Below, piece after piece: positions 54,999 to 64,000 of a DNA stretch of 64,000 nucleotides (within the stretch, counting starts at the first letter, position 1; each line of letters begins with the position of its first letter). Under the pieces are notes generated by a model that had not been told where the DNA came from, made no database searches, and saw only the letters and a list, made by a program, of their open reading frames with translations. A program made the position numbers and the translations under genes. Origin of the DNA: a virus; the IMG/VR virus record IMGVR_UViG_3300017991_004311, positions 34,937-98,936 of that record. One strand, 5' to 3'.

Positions 54999-55008
54999 TG
55001 GCGATGAA

Positions 55009-55638
55009 ATGACACTCAAAGATATGCCCGACATCGGGCTGACAGAAGAGGCGTTACGGAGAATACATGCGGCTGCGCTCCTGACCGAACTCGACATCTA
55101 CCATTTGTTCCAGTTCGCCCGCGAGATCCCCGAGGGCGGGACCTACCTTGAGCTAGGGGCCTATGCCGGGGGAGCGGTCATGTGCGTCGGGGAGGCGGCG
55201 AGGGCGGTGGAACGGCACGTCACCCTGATCGCGGTTGACCTGAACTTCGGCCTCGGATTCAGCGGCAATACTGGCGGCCTCCCGGTGAGAGTGATAGAGG
55301 GGAGGATCGGCGACAGGGACACGGTCAACAGGATCGACGGCGTTTCGGTTGACCTCATCTTCAACGATGCGGACCAACCGTACGGCGATCTGTGCCGTGA
55401 CATCGCTCTCTATTGGGGCAAGCTGAAGCCGGGAGGGGTGCTGCTCGGACATGATTATTGGAACGGGACCGACCGTGGGTTCATGGACACGAAGCGGGCG
55501 GTCGACGATGTGTTCGGGGAGCTGGCGACGGTGATGGAGGGGAACACCACGATGTGGATGGTGGGGAAGACGGACGAGACCGACACCATTGTCAGGAAAC
55601 TGGCGAAGGAGATCGAGGGGGAGCGGCGTGCAGAATAA
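55009..55638 (+). CDS. class I SAM methyltransferase (Methyltransf_24-like)
   Basis: LELGAYAG, DLIF.DA, KLKPGG.L.GHDY. Confidence 0.85.
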   Translation: MTLKDMPDIGLTEEALRRIHAAALLTELDIYHLFQFAREIPEGGTYLELGAYAGGAVMCVGEAARAVERHVTLIAVDLNFGLGFSGNTGGLPVRVIEGRIGDRDTVNRIDGVSVDLIFNDADQPYGDLCRDIALYWGKLKPGGVLLGHDYWNGTDRGFMDTKRAVDDVFGELATVMEGNTTMWMVGKTDETDTIVRKLAKEIEGERRAE

Positions 55639-56392
55639 GTTCCTGAGCGACACGGAGGAGCGCATCCCCTACCTGAGCGTGGGGGACTGTCCCCTGGCTT
55701 CGTTGGTGGTCCTGAGCTTCAACCGGCCGCAGTTCCTCCACCAGACCATTGCGAGCCTGAAACGGAACACGGAATATCCGCACGAGCTCATCGTGGTGGA
55801 TGATGGCTCCATGGACCCGGCGAACGTCGAGTTCCTGATGCGTCTGTATGGAGCAAAAGAGCTGAGCACGCTCGTCCTGAACGCGGGCAGGAACCAGGGC
55901 GTGGGCGCGAGCATCAACCGGGGATTCCACGCGGCCCACGGCAAGTGGCTCTTCAAGCTGGACTCGGACCTGGAGTACAGGCCGCAGTGGTTGGAGAAGG
56001 CAGTCGCGATCCTGGAGACCTTCCCGGAGATCGGGGTGCTGGGCCTGTTCCGCTACTGGCACGACCCGTGCGACTGGCGGAAGATGCTCATACGGCGCGA
56101 GGAGCGCGACGGGCTGGTGGTCCAGGTCGCGGAGGACCAGGTGGGTTCGACGATGGCGATGAGCCGGGAAACGTACGAGTCCCACGGTGACTTCATTGAG
56201 GGCTCCTATGCCTTCGGCGCCGACTACGAATACAAGATGGCGCTGAAGCGCGGGGGGCGTTGGATCGCCCTGCCCGACGAGGACCTGGTGGAGAACTTCG
56301 GCTTCGGGCTGACGACCACCTCGCTCCGGTGGAAGGGGGAGCCGGTCACGGTGTCGAAGGTGCCGCTCATATTCGGGAAGGGGATATCATGA
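55628..56392 (+). CDS. GT2 glycosyltransferase
   Basis: VVLSFNR, VDDGS, NQG....NRG, KLDSD. Confidence 0.88.
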   Translation: MQNKFLSDTEERIPYLSVGDCPLASLVVLSFNRPQFLHQTIASLKRNTEYPHELIVVDDGSMDPANVEFLMRLYGAKELSTLVLNAGRNQGVGASINRGFHAAHGKWLFKLDSDLEYRPQWLEKAVAILETFPEIGVLGLFRYWHDPCDWRKMLIRREERDGLVVQVAEDQVGSTMAMSRETYESHGDFIEGSYAFGADYEYKMALKRGGRWIALPDEDLVENFGFGLTTTSLRWKGEPVTVSKVPLIFGKGIS

Positions 56393-57048
56393 ACGTGCTC
56401 GACGAGGAACTGAGGACCTGGAAGATAGAGGACGAGGCGGGGCGCTGGGAGAAGCTGGAGCGCGAACGGGTGCGCTATCCCCGCATGCTCCGGGAGATGG
56501 GCGTGCCGCTCCTGCGCCTGGACAACAAGTCGGTCCTGGACGTGGGCTGCGGCCCGGTATCGGCGCTGGAGTTCCTGTCCCGCGCGGGGAGGAGGGCGGC
56601 GACCGACCCGCTGGCCGGGGAATACGCGGAGATATACCCGGAGCGCGACTCGTGCATCGAGTGGTACGACTGCCCGGCCGAGAAGCTGGAATTCGGCGAC
56701 GGCGAGTTCGACCTGGTCCTGTGCATGAACGCGCTGGACCACGTGGCGGAGCCCGTCACCGCGCTCGTCGAGATGAAGCGCGTGCTCAGGCCCGGGGGCT
56801 TCCTGGCGGTGCACTGCTGCGAGGACAACGCGAGGATCAACCCGCACCCGGCGCACCGGCACAACCTCACCCTGGGATGGCTCAAGGGGCTGGTGGACGA
56901 TAGCTTCGAGACCGTGGTGGAGCGCAGGGTCAGGTACGGGTGGGTCAAATGGCGCGGCAAGGTCGGCCAGCCTGCGTTCGCATGGTTGGGGAGGCTGACG
57001 ACGGGATACAAGGCATTGCCCGATAGTACGCAGGAAGGGAACGGATGA
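56389..57048 (+). CDS. class I SAM methyltransferase (type 11)
   Basis: VLDVGCG, AE.L.F.DG.FD.V...NALDH, EMKRVLRPGG. Confidence 0.88.
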   Translation: MNVLDEELRTWKIEDEAGRWEKLERERVRYPRMLREMGVPLLRLDNKSVLDVGCGPVSALEFLSRAGRRAATDPLAGEYAEIYPERDSCIEWYDCPAEKLEFGDGEFDLVLCMNALDHVAEPVTALVEMKRVLRPGGFLAVHCCEDNARINPHPAHRHNLTLGWLKGLVDDSFETVVERRVRYGWVKWRGKVGQPAFAWLGRLTTGYKALPDSTQEGNG

Positions 57049-57863
57049 TGAAAGGCACGATGTCGATCACATGCGCCGAATGCGGGAAATTCTTCCGGGT
57101 CGCACCTTGGGAATTGAGGATAGGGAAGAAATACTGTTCTCTTAAATGTAGGTCGGCCGCAAGAGGAAGATGGCCCGAAGAAGAGTTGGTTATTCTCAGG
57201 GAACATTTCCCGCACGCTTCCAAGAAAGAGATGATGGCGCTACTCCCGCATCGGACCTATGATCGGATTCAGAAAAACGCGAAGGCGATGGGGCTGGAAA
57301 AGACGTGGGAAGCGAAACACAAATCACTTTCTGATAGACTGGTATGGAACAAGGGGAAAGGTGGATACCATGTGAGTCCGGCGAAGCCCGATGACGCGAG
57401 ACGTTATCATGTCCCTTGGAATAAGGGCAAGACGAAGGAGACGGATAAGAGAATAAAGGCAGTAGCGAAAGCTAGAGAAGGGGGAAGGAATCCAGTTCAT
57501 AAACCTGGGGTGAAAGAAAAGATATCTAAATCGCTTATGGGAAGATACGGAGGAGAGAAAAACCCGGCATATATAGACGGGAGAAACTCGATTCCGTACA
57601 CCCCGGAATTCAGGAAGGTACGGGATAGGATAAGAGCGCGCGACGGGTATAAGTGTCAGCTGTGTGGAGTTCCTGAGCGGGAATGTAAGCGGAAGCTTGA
57701 CGTGCACCATATCGACGACGATAAGTCGAACAATGCCATGGGCAATCTCGTGAGTCTATGTATGATGTGTCATTTGCACACGAGATATGATCGTGAGTTC
57801 TATCGGATGGTATTGACATCAATGATGCGTGAAAAGGAGAAAGTGAGTGGACCAAAACGCTAA
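57045..57863 (+). CDS. HNH homing endonuclease
   Basis: CAECGK..KYCS..C, PWNKG repeats, RDGYKCQLCG, VHHID..K.NN...NL..LC..CH. Confidence 0.88.
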   Translation: MMKGTMSITCAECGKFFRVAPWELRIGKKYCSLKCRSAARGRWPEEELVILREHFPHASKKEMMALLPHRTYDRIQKNAKAMGLEKTWEAKHKSLSDRLVWNKGKGGYHVSPAKPDDARRYHVPWNKGKTKETDKRIKAVAKAREGGRNPVHKPGVKEKISKSLMGRYGGEKNPAYIDGRNSIPYTPEFRKVRDRIRARDGYKCQLCGVPERECKRKLDVHHIDDDKSNNAMGNLVSLCMMCHLHTRYDREFYRMVLTSMMREKEKVSGPKR

Positions 57864-57900
57864 CAGAGGAGGTGCAGCGGCCAGGAGCGAGAAGGGTTCA

Positions 57901-59041
57901 ATGCGAATCTTACTCGTTTCACCTGGCCACTGAGCCCGGGATATCAACTGTCGATGTATATCACGGCCTCGGCAACGCCCTGGCCAAGAAGCTCGGTCAG
58001 GCCAATGTGTTGCCGTTCGACCTGAAACCGATTCTTAAATTCTACCGGACGGCGGTCAAGAAGATGATCGAGGGGACGGCGAAGCGGGTGGACATCAACG
58101 ACGTCTACAACAGCGCCTGCAAATCGCTCATCGTGAACGTGCTGCAGACCATGCCCGACCTCATCATCTACATCACGGGCCAGTACATACCGCAGTGGGT
58201 CCCGGCGATGATCCGCGACCGCCTCCACATCAAGCAGGCGGTCTGGTTCACCGAGAGCCCCTACCAGGTGGCCCTGGAGGCGAGGATGGCGCCGCTGTTC
58301 GATTACGTGTTCACCTGCGACAAAGCATGTGAGAGGATCTACCGGGGATTCAACCCGAACACATGGTACCTGCCGACCGCCTACGATTCCCTTTATGAGT
58401 GGGAAGTGACGGACGAACTCAAGCGGTGGGAGAGGATCATCTACACGCCCGACCTCTTCTTCGTCGGCTCCGAGGTTCCGGGGAGGCTCGACTTCCTGCG
58501 GGAATTGGTGAGCCACCTGAAGGGGCAACGGCTGCGGTTCCGCATGTTCGGCGTGTTCCCGAGTATCGAGGAGGGCAAGTGCCCGGAACTGGAGCCGTTC
58601 TACACGCCGAGGGTGCTGACGAAGTTCGATGTCATCAAGTACTACCGGTGGGCGAAGATCGTCCTGAACCATTTCAGGATCAATGAGAGCAAGAGTTTCT
58701 ACCGTGACGCGAAGACGGGGCAAGTGGTTCGCGACCCGGAGGGTAAGGTGATGGTGAGGACCATCGAGCCCTACTCGCTGAGTCCGAGGGTGTATGAGGC
58801 GCTGGCGGCGGGCGGGTTCCTGCTGACGCAGAAGAGGACCGAGATCGGCGACCTCTTCGTGCCGGGGCAGGACCTGGTGACGTACGATGACGCCGCCGAC
58901 TGCGCGAGGATGGTACGGGAGTGGCTCCCGAAGGAGAACGAGCGGCGGGAGATCGCCGACTCCGGGAGGCACAAGGTCGAGCAGGGCCATGACTACCTTG
59001 ACAGGGCGGCCCGGCTGCTCGACGCGATTCACTTCATGTAG
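57901..59041 (+). CDS. GT-B glycosyltransferase (CgeB/DUF3880-like) with a +1 frameshift near the start
   Basis: ATG 57901 gives MRILLVSPGH then TGA; body continues in the +1 frame (STVDVYHGL, TESPY, AKIVLN, PRVYE.LA.G.F.L, H.Y..RA). Confidence 0.75.
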
Positions 59042-59059
59042 GCCAGGAGGTGAAACGGC

Positions 59060-59452
59060 TTGGCTAAGATTCACGGAAAAGGGGGGTACGCGATCATCGA
59101 GGGGCTCGGTATCATCACGCAACTCCACGGGTGGTCGCTTAACTTCAACCGGGACACGAGCCCGACCCCCCAGCAAGGGTACGAGTGGGTCGACTCCATC
59201 CGCGGCCAGGGACACTGGGGCGGGGCGCTGTCGATCTACTACGACGGGGCCAACCTCGGGAACCTGTACGACATTGTGAACAGCACCACGGAGAAGGACG
59301 TCTATCTCTACCCGCAGAAGAGCGACACCACGAAGTATTTCTACGGTGACGCGTGGGCGGACGTCGATTTCAGCGTCCCGGTGGACGGTCCCGAGGACAT
59401 CTCGGTCACCCTGACGGGAACGGGCCAGCTGCTCGAAGAGGGCGTAGAGTAG
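59060..59452 (+). CDS. major tail (tube) protein
   Basis: AGGAGG RBS, TTG start; KIHGK.G, W....G...W.G, SVTL.GTG.L; precedes chaperones and tape measure. Confidence 0.8.
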   Translation: MAKIHGKGGYAIIEGLGIITQLHGWSLNFNRDTSPTPQQGYEWVDSIRGQGHWGGALSIYYDGANLGNLYDIVNSTTEKDVYLYPQKSDTTKYFYGDAWADVDFSVPVDGPEDISVTLTGTGQLLEEGVE

Positions 59453-59462
59453 CGATGAACTA

Positions 59463-59489
59463 CTGCGGGGCCCTCTCCGGGTCCCGCAG
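59463..59489 (+). terminator. hairpin after the tail tube gene
   Basis: CTGCGGGGCCC-TCTCC-GGGTCCCGCAG; no U tract. Confidence 0.45.
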
Positions 59490-59507
59490 GGACAAAAGGA
59501 GCGATGG

Positions 59508-59906
59508 ATGAGTACCCAAAGACAACCAAACAAGGATTTGCGCTCGGCGATTTTCGCCGCCGACGACCGCAAGCTGAAGTCAACGGTGATAGAAGAATGG
59601 GGTGTGACGGTGTATCTGAAGCCCTTGGACTACCGGCAAAGAATGAAACTTATGGAGACGGTGAACCCGAAACATCAGGAGAATGCCCCGGTAACCCCGG
59701 AGGTGGCGCAGACATTCACGCTTAGTCTCATCATTCATGGAGTATGCGACGAGAACGGGACTCCGATATTTACCGATGCCGACAAGGAACAGCTTCTAGG
59801 AAGGAACAGTGCGGTGCTCGACCGTCTTTCCACGGAACTCGGTACGCTTTCCGGGTTTGGGCCCGAATTCAGGGAGGAATTGAGGGAAAGGTTTCGAGGC
59901 AAATGA
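59508..59906 (+). CDS. tail assembly chaperone (gpG-like)
   Basis: IEEWG.TV..K.L, CDENG..IF..AD.E.L, LSG; position before tape measure. Confidence 0.8.
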   Translation: MSTQRQPNKDLRSAIFAADDRKLKSTVIEEWGVTVYLKPLDYRQRMKLMETVNPKHQENAPVTPEVAQTFTLSLIIHGVCDENGTPIFTDADKEQLLGRNSAVLDRLSTELGTLSGFGPEFREELRERFRGK

Positions 59907-60105
59907 CGAAGCGATTTTCGCATTGACCTTGGCTGAGAAAATGGGGATGACGCTCGCTGAGCTCGGCGCTAGGATGTCGAGCCGGGAATTCACGATATGG
60001 AAGGAGTTCTATGCTTGGCGCGAAGAGAAACGGGAAGAGACACGCCGGGATCAACAGATGTTCAGTAATCTCGATGCGAGGGCGGCTAAGGCAGCGAGAA
60101 ATTGA
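59893..60105 (+). CDS. tail assembly chaperone gpT-like extension (+1 frame)
   Basis: LAEKMGMTLAEL.ARMSSREF..W..FY; overlaps the gpG 3' end at TTT CGA. Confidence 0.65.
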   Translation, partial: FEANDEAIFALTLAEKMGMTLAELGARMSSREFTIWKEFYAWREEKREETRRDQQMFSNLDARAAKAARN

Positions 60106-60120
60106 CGGAGGTGGGTGGGA

Positions 60121-63100
60121 TTGGCGCTAGGTAGTTCGTTCAGCGAGGGGTTCGGGCTCAAGCTCAAGATACACGACCAATTCTCCGGGCCCCTTTCGCG
60201 CTATTCAACCGGGATAACGTCGGCGAAGATGAAGACGCAGGGCCTCACGCAGGCGTCGAAATTCAACGAACAGTCGCTTCGCAAAATGGGAATGGCCGCG
60301 ACCGTCGCTGGTGGCGCTATCGTAGCTGGGCTCGGACTTGCCGTGAACACGACCAGGAAATTCGAGTATTCCATGGCGAACGTGGGCGCGGTCGCCGGGG
60401 CCTCGGCCGAACAGTTACAACAACTAGGCACGTTTGCCCGGAAAATGGGGAAGGACACTATCTTCGCCGCGTCAGAAGCGGGGGACGCGATGTACTATTT
60501 GGCGTGTCTTCCGCCTGACGAGTTTATCCTTGGTGGGGACTACCGAGTAAAGAAGATAGGGGGATTTAAGGAAGATGAGGTCATATCGAGCAGCGGCGAA
60601 TGCCAAATGGTTCACGAGCATACGAGCCGCCCATGCGTCGAGGGAGAGGTATACAAGATAAAACCGCGCATGATGCGGCCGTTCCGTGCCACCGGGAACC
60701 ACCCCATCCTCGCGGTCAGGACAAAACAGTGCTTACCCTATATGAGGAAGAAAGGATGCAGTTCCAAGCATTTATGCACTCCAAACTGTAGCGACGAAAA
60801 GTGCACCAGGCGATATTACGAGAACTACGAACCGGAATGGATACGAACGGAAGACTTACGCCAGGGTGACGCGCTCCTTATCCCGAAGATAAAGCGGGAG
60901 GAGGATGTCGAAATCACATGGAAAACAAAACGGCATCTGAAAAGGCATAACCTTCTCCCGAGACAGATTGACGATGATTTCGCTCGATTCCTTGGCCTTA
61001 TCATGGGGGATGGTTGGGCTGATAAAGAAAGAGTTTTTTGTGCGTTTTCAAACAAAGGCAAGGATGCCAAATCGAAAATGTGGTTCATGGAATATGTGCG
61101 GAGCATTGGGTATGCTCCCTATGAGCGAAGAATGACCAACTGCACACAAGTGGCATTTTGGTCTCGCCCGTTGGCCACCCTCATCGCCGAATGGATCGGG
61201 AAAGGGGCGAAGCACAAGCGCATCCCTCCTGCAATGTTTCGCGCCAAGAAAAGCAATGTGCTTGCGTTTCTTCGGGGATATTTCCAGTCAGACGGCTGTC
61301 ATTTTGTCGAGAACGGAAGAACCCGTATTAGTGCCACCACAACTTCCCCCCATATCGCGTATTTTATCAATCTATTGGCCGCGAAAGCGGGGATTGTGTT
61401 TTCGATAGGGGAGGACAAGGGAGGACGGAAAACCACGCTCCCTAGCGGACACTCTTCTATTTCAGGGATAAGTTACACTATCGTCACGACAAACCCCCGT
61501 TACGTTTCGGCGATAGTCGGGCACCCACTGAGTACAAAACCGATAAAGTATGAGAAATTCTGGCAGGATGAGGATTACGTGTATCTCCCCATTATCTCCA
61601 TTGAGAGACAGGAATACCATGGACACGTCTACAATATGGAGACAGAGGACAACACGTATTCCACCGGGGTGATTGTCCATAACTCCGCCGGCTACGACGT
61701 CGAGAAGATGATGAAGGCCCTCCCCGGCACCCTGAACTTCGCCGCCGCCACCCAGAGCGGGCTCGCGGAGACGACGCAGCTCGTGGTTTCCACCCTGAAC
61801 CAGTACGAGATGGCCGCTGAGGACGCCACCAAAGTGTCCAATATCTATTCGGCGGTTATCGGCAAGTCGCAGGCGACGATGGAGCGCCTCGGACAATCCA
61901 TGCAATATGTCGGTCCGGTCGCGGCTGGACTCAACTACTCATTGGAGGAGACGTCCGCCGCATTGGGTATCCTCTACAACGCGGGCATTGACGCATCTAT
62001 GGCGGGCACGGCATTAAGAGGAGCGCTCGCCCGATTGATGGACCCCACCAACGAGGTGCAGGGGACTCTCGCCCAACTGGGGTTGACTGTGGAAGACATT
62101 TCCCCCACCACGCACAACTTCGCCGAGATCGTGGAGACACTGAACAAGGCTGGGATCACCACCGAACAGACCATGAAATTATTCGGCCTCCGCGCCGGCC
62201 CCGCCATGATGCGGATGCTTTCCGCCGGTTCCGATGCGATAAGGCAACTCACCAAGGATGTCACCGGAACCAATCGGGCGGCCGAAATGGCGGAGAAGCA
62301 ACTCGCGACCCTCCAGGGCCAGATGAAGCTATTGAAGTCGGCGGTGGAGGAGGTCCAGCTCGCTGTAGGGGAGGCCCTCATTCCAGTTCTCGTCCCCATG
62401 ATCCAGAAAATCAGGGATATTGCCAAGGCGATCGGGGATTGGGGGAGAGAACATCCGCAACTCCTTGCATTCCTCGTCAAACTGGCTGCCGTGCTCGGGG
62501 GGATGTTGGTCGTGGGCGGTCCGCTGATGATGTTCGCGCCCGCAATAAGTTCGGCCGCGACGGCGTTCATCGGCCTAGTGGGTGCGATGGGACCCGTCGG
62601 GTTGGCGCTGGCGGGGATCTCGGTAGCCGTCTATCTGCTCTATACCAGGTGGGACGCGTTTGCCGGAGTGGTGGACAGAGCGATAGAGAAGCTAAGGGAA
62701 CTCCCGGTCATCGGACACGCAATCAAGGGAGTGACGATGTTGCTCACGGATTTCCCCAGAGCAACCGAGATCATCCTCTTGAGCTTGCAGGCGGTATGGA
62801 CGGCGCTCAAGAACACCTTCACTGACTGGGAAGTGTTCAAGGCATTCTTGACCATGAGCGCCGAAGTCGCAAAATCGCTCATCGTTTTATGGAAGGATGC
62901 GTGGGTCACCATCGGACGAATCCTGCTCCGGGCTAGTTCCGTCATCTGGGCCCCTTTGATAAAGTCGCTGCAGTGGGTCGGTGACCAGATGGCGTATTAT
63001 TTTCGGCTCGGAATCGAAAGCGCGCGCAATGCGATTATCGAGGGTATCAACTTCATTACGGGTCAGGGGTTCGTTCCGCTCGCCAATGCGTTCGTCACCG

Positions 63101-64000
63101 CTGCCAATACGATGATCGGCGGAGCCGAAAATTTCGTGAACTTCTTCCTCACCGGGATCAACAATCTGCGCAAGGGCTGGGACGCGATGATGAAGGGAAT
63201 CGGCTGGTTCGCAAAGAACGTCCTTCGTCAGGAACTCCCGGACTGGATGACCGCATTCGAGGAAGACTGGAAGGTGTCGTTCAGCCGTATCGAAGGGATC
63301 GCCGCCGATGCGCTTGCCATTAAGATCCCCGAATCGACGTTGAAGGAACCCGAGAAGTTCGCCGCAAGAATGTCCGAAGCCTGGGCGACAATAGAGGAAC
63401 AGTTCTCCGAGATTCCCGGTGAGTTCCAGACTTACGTCAACCAGATTAAGAGGACGTGGGACGAGATTGTGGCTGCGGGTAGGAAGTTCGGTGTTGAAGC
63501 TGGCATCGAGGAATACATGCAAAAGATTGAAGCTTTGGTTGCGGAGTACGAAAAAGGAACGATAACCGGGGAGCAGTTTGGAAGACAACTTGATGAGGTT
63601 TCTGAATCGGCCAAAGAAGCGGCAGAGAATGCTGGAAATGTGGCAACCGCTATTTCAAGAATCCCTCGATGGAAATGGGGGATAACCCAGCCCGAATATG
63701 ATATCATGGTGGCGTTTTGGGAAAAGATGGAATCGATCCGCCAAGAGGCGGAACGCATGGCAGAAGCCTCCAAAAAGCTCCATGCTCCTGGATTCAAATG
63801 GGCACCTACCCAATCTGAATACGATATCATGGTCGTATTCTGGAAGGAAATGGAAAAGATACGTCAAGAGGCAGAACGCATGGCGGAAGCCTCCAAAAAG
63901 CTCCATGCTCCTGGATTCAAATGGTCTCCCACCCAACCTGAATACGATATCATGGTGGCATTCTGGAAAGAGATGGAGAAAATCAGAGAGGAAGCAGAGC
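60121..64000 (+). CDS. tape measure protein (TP901 family), intein-containing, 3' truncated
   Basis: Manual translation from TTG 60121: FEYSMANVGAVAGAS, A.EA.DAMYYLA|SAG, LPGTLNFAAA, LGQSMQYVGPVA, GIDASMAGTALR, LQGQMKLLKSA; absent from the ORF track because it runs off the window. Confidence 0.92.
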   Translation, partial: MALGSSFSEGFGLKLKIHDQFSGPLSRYSTGITSAKMKTQGLTQASKFNEQSLRKMGMAATVAGGAIVAGLGLAVNTTRKFEYSMANVGAVAGASAEQLQQLGTFARKMGKDTIFAASEAGDAMYYLACLPPDEFILGGDYRVKKIGGFKEDEVISSSGECQMVHEHTSRPCVEGEVYKIKPRMMRPFRATGNHPILAVRTKQCLPYMRKKGCSSKHLCTPNCSDEKCTRRYYENYEPEWIRTEDLRQGDALLIPKIKREEDVEITWKTKRHLKRHNLLPRQIDDDFARFLGLIMGDGWADKERVFCAFSNKGKDAKSKMWFMEYVRSIGYAPYERRMTNCTQVAFWSRPLATLIAEWIGKGAKHKRIPPAMFRAKKSNVLAFLRGYFQSDGCHFVENGRTRISATTTSPHIAYFINLLAAKAGIVFSIGEDKGGRKTTLPSGHSSISGISYTIVTTNPRYVSAIVGHPLSTKPIKYEKFWQDEDYVYLPIISIERQEYHGHVYNMETEDNTYSTGVIVHNSAGYDVEKMMKALPGTLNFAAATQSGLAETTQLVVSTLNQYEMAAEDATKVSNIYSAVIGKSQATMERLGQSMQYVGPVAAGLNYSLEETSAALGILYNAGIDASMAGTALRGALARLMDPTNEVQGTLAQLGLTVEDISPTTHNFAEIVETLNKAGITTEQTMKLFGLRAGPAMMRMLSAGSDAIRQLTKDVTGTNRAAEMAEKQLATLQGQMKLLKSAVEEVQLAVGEALIPVLVPMIQKIRDIAKAIGDWGREHPQLLAFLVKLAAVLGGMLVVGGPLMMFAPAISSAATAFIGLVGAMGPVGLALAGISVAVYLLYTRWDAFAGVVDRAIEKLRELPVIGHAIKGVTMLLTDFPRATEIILLSLQAVWTALKNTFTDWEVFKAFLTMSAEVAKSLIVLWKDAWVTIGRILLRASSVIWAPLIKSLQWVGDQMAYYFRLGIESARNAIIEGINFITGQGFVPLANAFVTAANTMIGGAENFVNFFLTGINNLRKGWDAMMKGIGWFAKNVLRQELPDWMTAFEEDWKVSFSRIEGIAADALAIKIPESTLKEPEKFAARMSEAWATIEEQFSEIPGEFQTYVNQIKRTWDEIVAAGRKFGVEAGIEEYMQKIEALVAEYEKGTITGEQFGRQLDEVSESAKEAAENAGNVATAISRIPRWKWGITQPEYDIMVAFWEKMESIRQEAERMAEASKKLHAPGFKWAPTQSEYDIMVVFWKEMEKIRQEAERMAEASKKLHAPGFKWSPTQPEYDIMVAFWKEMEKIREEAE
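60505..61683 (+). mobile_element. intein with LAGLIDADG homing endonuclease (393 aa)
   Basis: CLPPD start, TGNHPI block B, FLGLIMGDG and FLRGYFQSDG, VYNMET block F, VHN|S end. Confidence 0.93.
63664..64000 (+). repeat. 123-nt (41-aa) tandem repeat in tape measure
   Basis: GAATAyGATATCATGGT at 63694, 63817, 63940; unit PGFKWAPTQSEYDIMVVFWKEMEKIRQEAERMAEASKKLHA. Confidence 0.85.

Noticed and set aside
121-63936. Long minus-strand ORFs (e.g. 6649-8280, 33478-35310, 57944-59572)
   Set aside because: Antisense shadows of GC-rich + strand genes; no motifs or RBS

Overview
The window is a roughly 64 kb, GC-rich, almost entirely + strand segment of a tailed dsDNA bacteriophage or prophage (siphovirus-like; no tail sheath seen). 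It covers the late/morphogenesis arm: ParB-like protein, C5 methyltransferase + Vsr, small terminase, a large terminase split into two genes, portal, MuF with a C-terminal ADP-ribosyltransferase, a ClpP/prohead-protease fusion, scaffold, decoration protein, major capsid, head-tail proteins, tail tube, tail chaperones and a tape measure protein running off the right end. Unusual content: (1) about 33 kb of glycan-building genes interleaved with virion genes, including complete dTDP-rhamnose and GDP-heptose pathways, a UDP-xylose route, about 8 glycosyltransferases, about 5 SAM methyltransferases and a GT2-radical SAM fusion; within it sits a sugar ABC importer + CMP-nonulosonate synthetase-like + two Maf/DUF115-like module; (2) a Ro60/TROVE gene preceded by two Y-RNA-like RNAs, one laid out in true tRNA order with an encoded CCA (apparently circularly permuted relative to YrlA); (3) a tRNA-like fold nested inside another tRNA-like fold; (4) a 197-bp DnaA-box element present twice in inverted orientation plus a half copy; (5) a LAGLIDADG intein inside the tape measure protein. 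All calls come from manual reading and motif recognition; no database searches were run.
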